Source of the DNA: Octopus sinensis
Lineage: Eukaryota
Direction of reading: 5' to 3'
Assembly: GCF_006345805.1 (NCBI RefSeq)
Contig: NC_042998.1
Location: 192,138,001 to 192,202,000, forward strand
Length of the DNA: 64,000 bases
Shown in pieces: positions 62,501 through 64,000 of the stretch (positions are counted from its first letter, which is position 1; the number at the start of each line of letters is the position of its first letter). The notes below the pieces were generated by a model, which worked only from the letters and a program-made list of their open reading frames with translations, had not been told where the DNA came from and made no database searches. Position numbers and translations under genes: made by a program.

Positions 62501-64000
62501 CCATAATTTAGTGGATATTTTTAAAATATGTTAATATTTCTTTTATGGAATATTGAGTTTTCCTTTTTGGTAAACCGTAAATCATATTACGCCATTTGAC
62601 TCGTAAATCATATTACACAATTTGGCTATAGTGCGATATAGAAATACAATAAACTACTAAATACTTATAATTCGGTTTCTATTTTTTAATGCCAATGCAA
62701 CAGGAACTTCAGTAGAAGAAATTATAATATTGTGGTAGATGACTTAATTAGAATAGAGGTGCGGTCAAAATACCGTTTAGTGTTTTATTAGAACTTTTTA
62801 AATCTTTTATTTTGTAGTAATCATAATGGACCACCATAAGAGGATATTATAAAACCTTTTTTTTTTCCTATTTTCATAATGTCTCAAAATGTACTGATTG
62901 CGTGTTAGTAAAACACACCTAGTAATTGTAAACTACTTTCTCCACTTACAAGAAACATAAGAGAAATATCAATTGTTGATAATTTACATATAATTTACTA
63001 TATCTGTAGTTTAATTATAAATAACTAATAATGTTTTGCTACAGCTGTTATGGGGTCGAAGCTTGGGTCTTTCGATCCACAAATTTCTTGGCAATAATAA
63101 GGAACAGAAGAAAGAAGAAGAAAGAAGACATGCATCCAACACCAGAGCTGAAGACACCTCCGAAAGGGGGGGGCGCCACGTCAAGACGGTAGAAAAGTAG
63201 GGGCCGCAACCGGACGTGGTTCCTCCTGATGATGTATTGAGCTAACTGGATCCTATAAAGGAGCTGTTCTGGTAGCAGACCACGAAGCACGGTTGAAATT
63301 CCTAATATCAGCTCATTCTTCTTCTTTAGAAACCTCCTTAATTCTTCATTCTGGCTGCATAGTATAAAACAGCCCCTTTTTTTTATTCAGCTGTTATACG
63401 AAGACTTAGTGAGATTTGTCATGTGACCCAATTTACCAAAAAGTGAACTTAAATGAAAACTAGATCCTAAATCTTCGAAATAAAACATGTAATGTTGAAA
63501 TATCGGCTTCATTGATTTTTCACAAATAAATTTTCAACTAGGATTCTGCTAATTCAAAGCAAACAGATTCGAATGTAAATAAGAAATGTAAATGTTTTGT
63601 AAGCCAGATAACAACCGCCCCCGAAACACTTTTAAGAGTATATGAATCGTTACTTACGCACTACATATAACTGGCAACCAGCGCCTCGCCCACGTGATGG
63701 GGAAATAAATTGCAACGTAAATGAAATCTAAAACATAAAAATCTAATTAGAATGGGTAAGAGTGATTATAGTACCATGCTTTAAATATTAACGTAGTCCC
63801 GCTGTTATCTCTTGGGGGAAAACACACACTTGAGTGGCTTTATAGAAAGACGAGGTAATATCTAATCACTTAATCTAATACAACAATTCATAGTTCCTTT
63901 CTGTCAATATTTTCATCAATTTCACCTGTTCTACAACACACATTCCAAGAAATTGGAGAAAAATGACTGAAGTAAACATTCGTGTTTATACAATGATCGG

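Noticed and set aside
63172-63235. HDV-like ribozyme (7-bp P1 with G.U at the first position)
   Set aside because: L3 is too short, and the P1.1 GG, P4 and P2 elements are missing.

Overview
This is AT-rich, microsatellite- and repeat-saturated eukaryotic DNA. It is very probably from Octopus or another coleoid cephalopod, judged from recalled SINE/LINE family sequences and not from a database search. No host protein-coding gene can be supported; there is one weak exon candidate at 31454-31520. Nearly all ORFs in the track are microsatellite artefacts or transposon fragments. Main contents: (1) a ~7.4 kb minus-strand RTE LINE at 47898-55298, flanked by (TA)n on both sides, with APE, RT and a PHD-type finger, broken only by four 1-nt frameshifts, plus a tandem 5' monomer array and a tandemly amplified 3' UTR; (2) a 5'-truncated R4/Dong-like LINE in (TAA)n and the 3' end of a second RLE-type LINE with (CATA)n; (3) CR1, Penelope-like, RTE-like and Tx1-like fragments; (4) two Tc1 and several mariner-like relics; (5) several MITEs and foldbacks; (6) about 25 tRNA-derived SINE copies with shuffled heads and tails. 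The most interesting signal is a set of type I hammerhead ribozyme-like motifs in short ORF-less repeats beside (TA)n tracts (58311, 41503, 57971, 17611, 11493, 24802). All have palindromic, dimer-dependent stem III, and two have a U3:A8 core. A second highlight is a recurrent, precise SINE head-to-tail junction that suggests a circular RNA intermediate.
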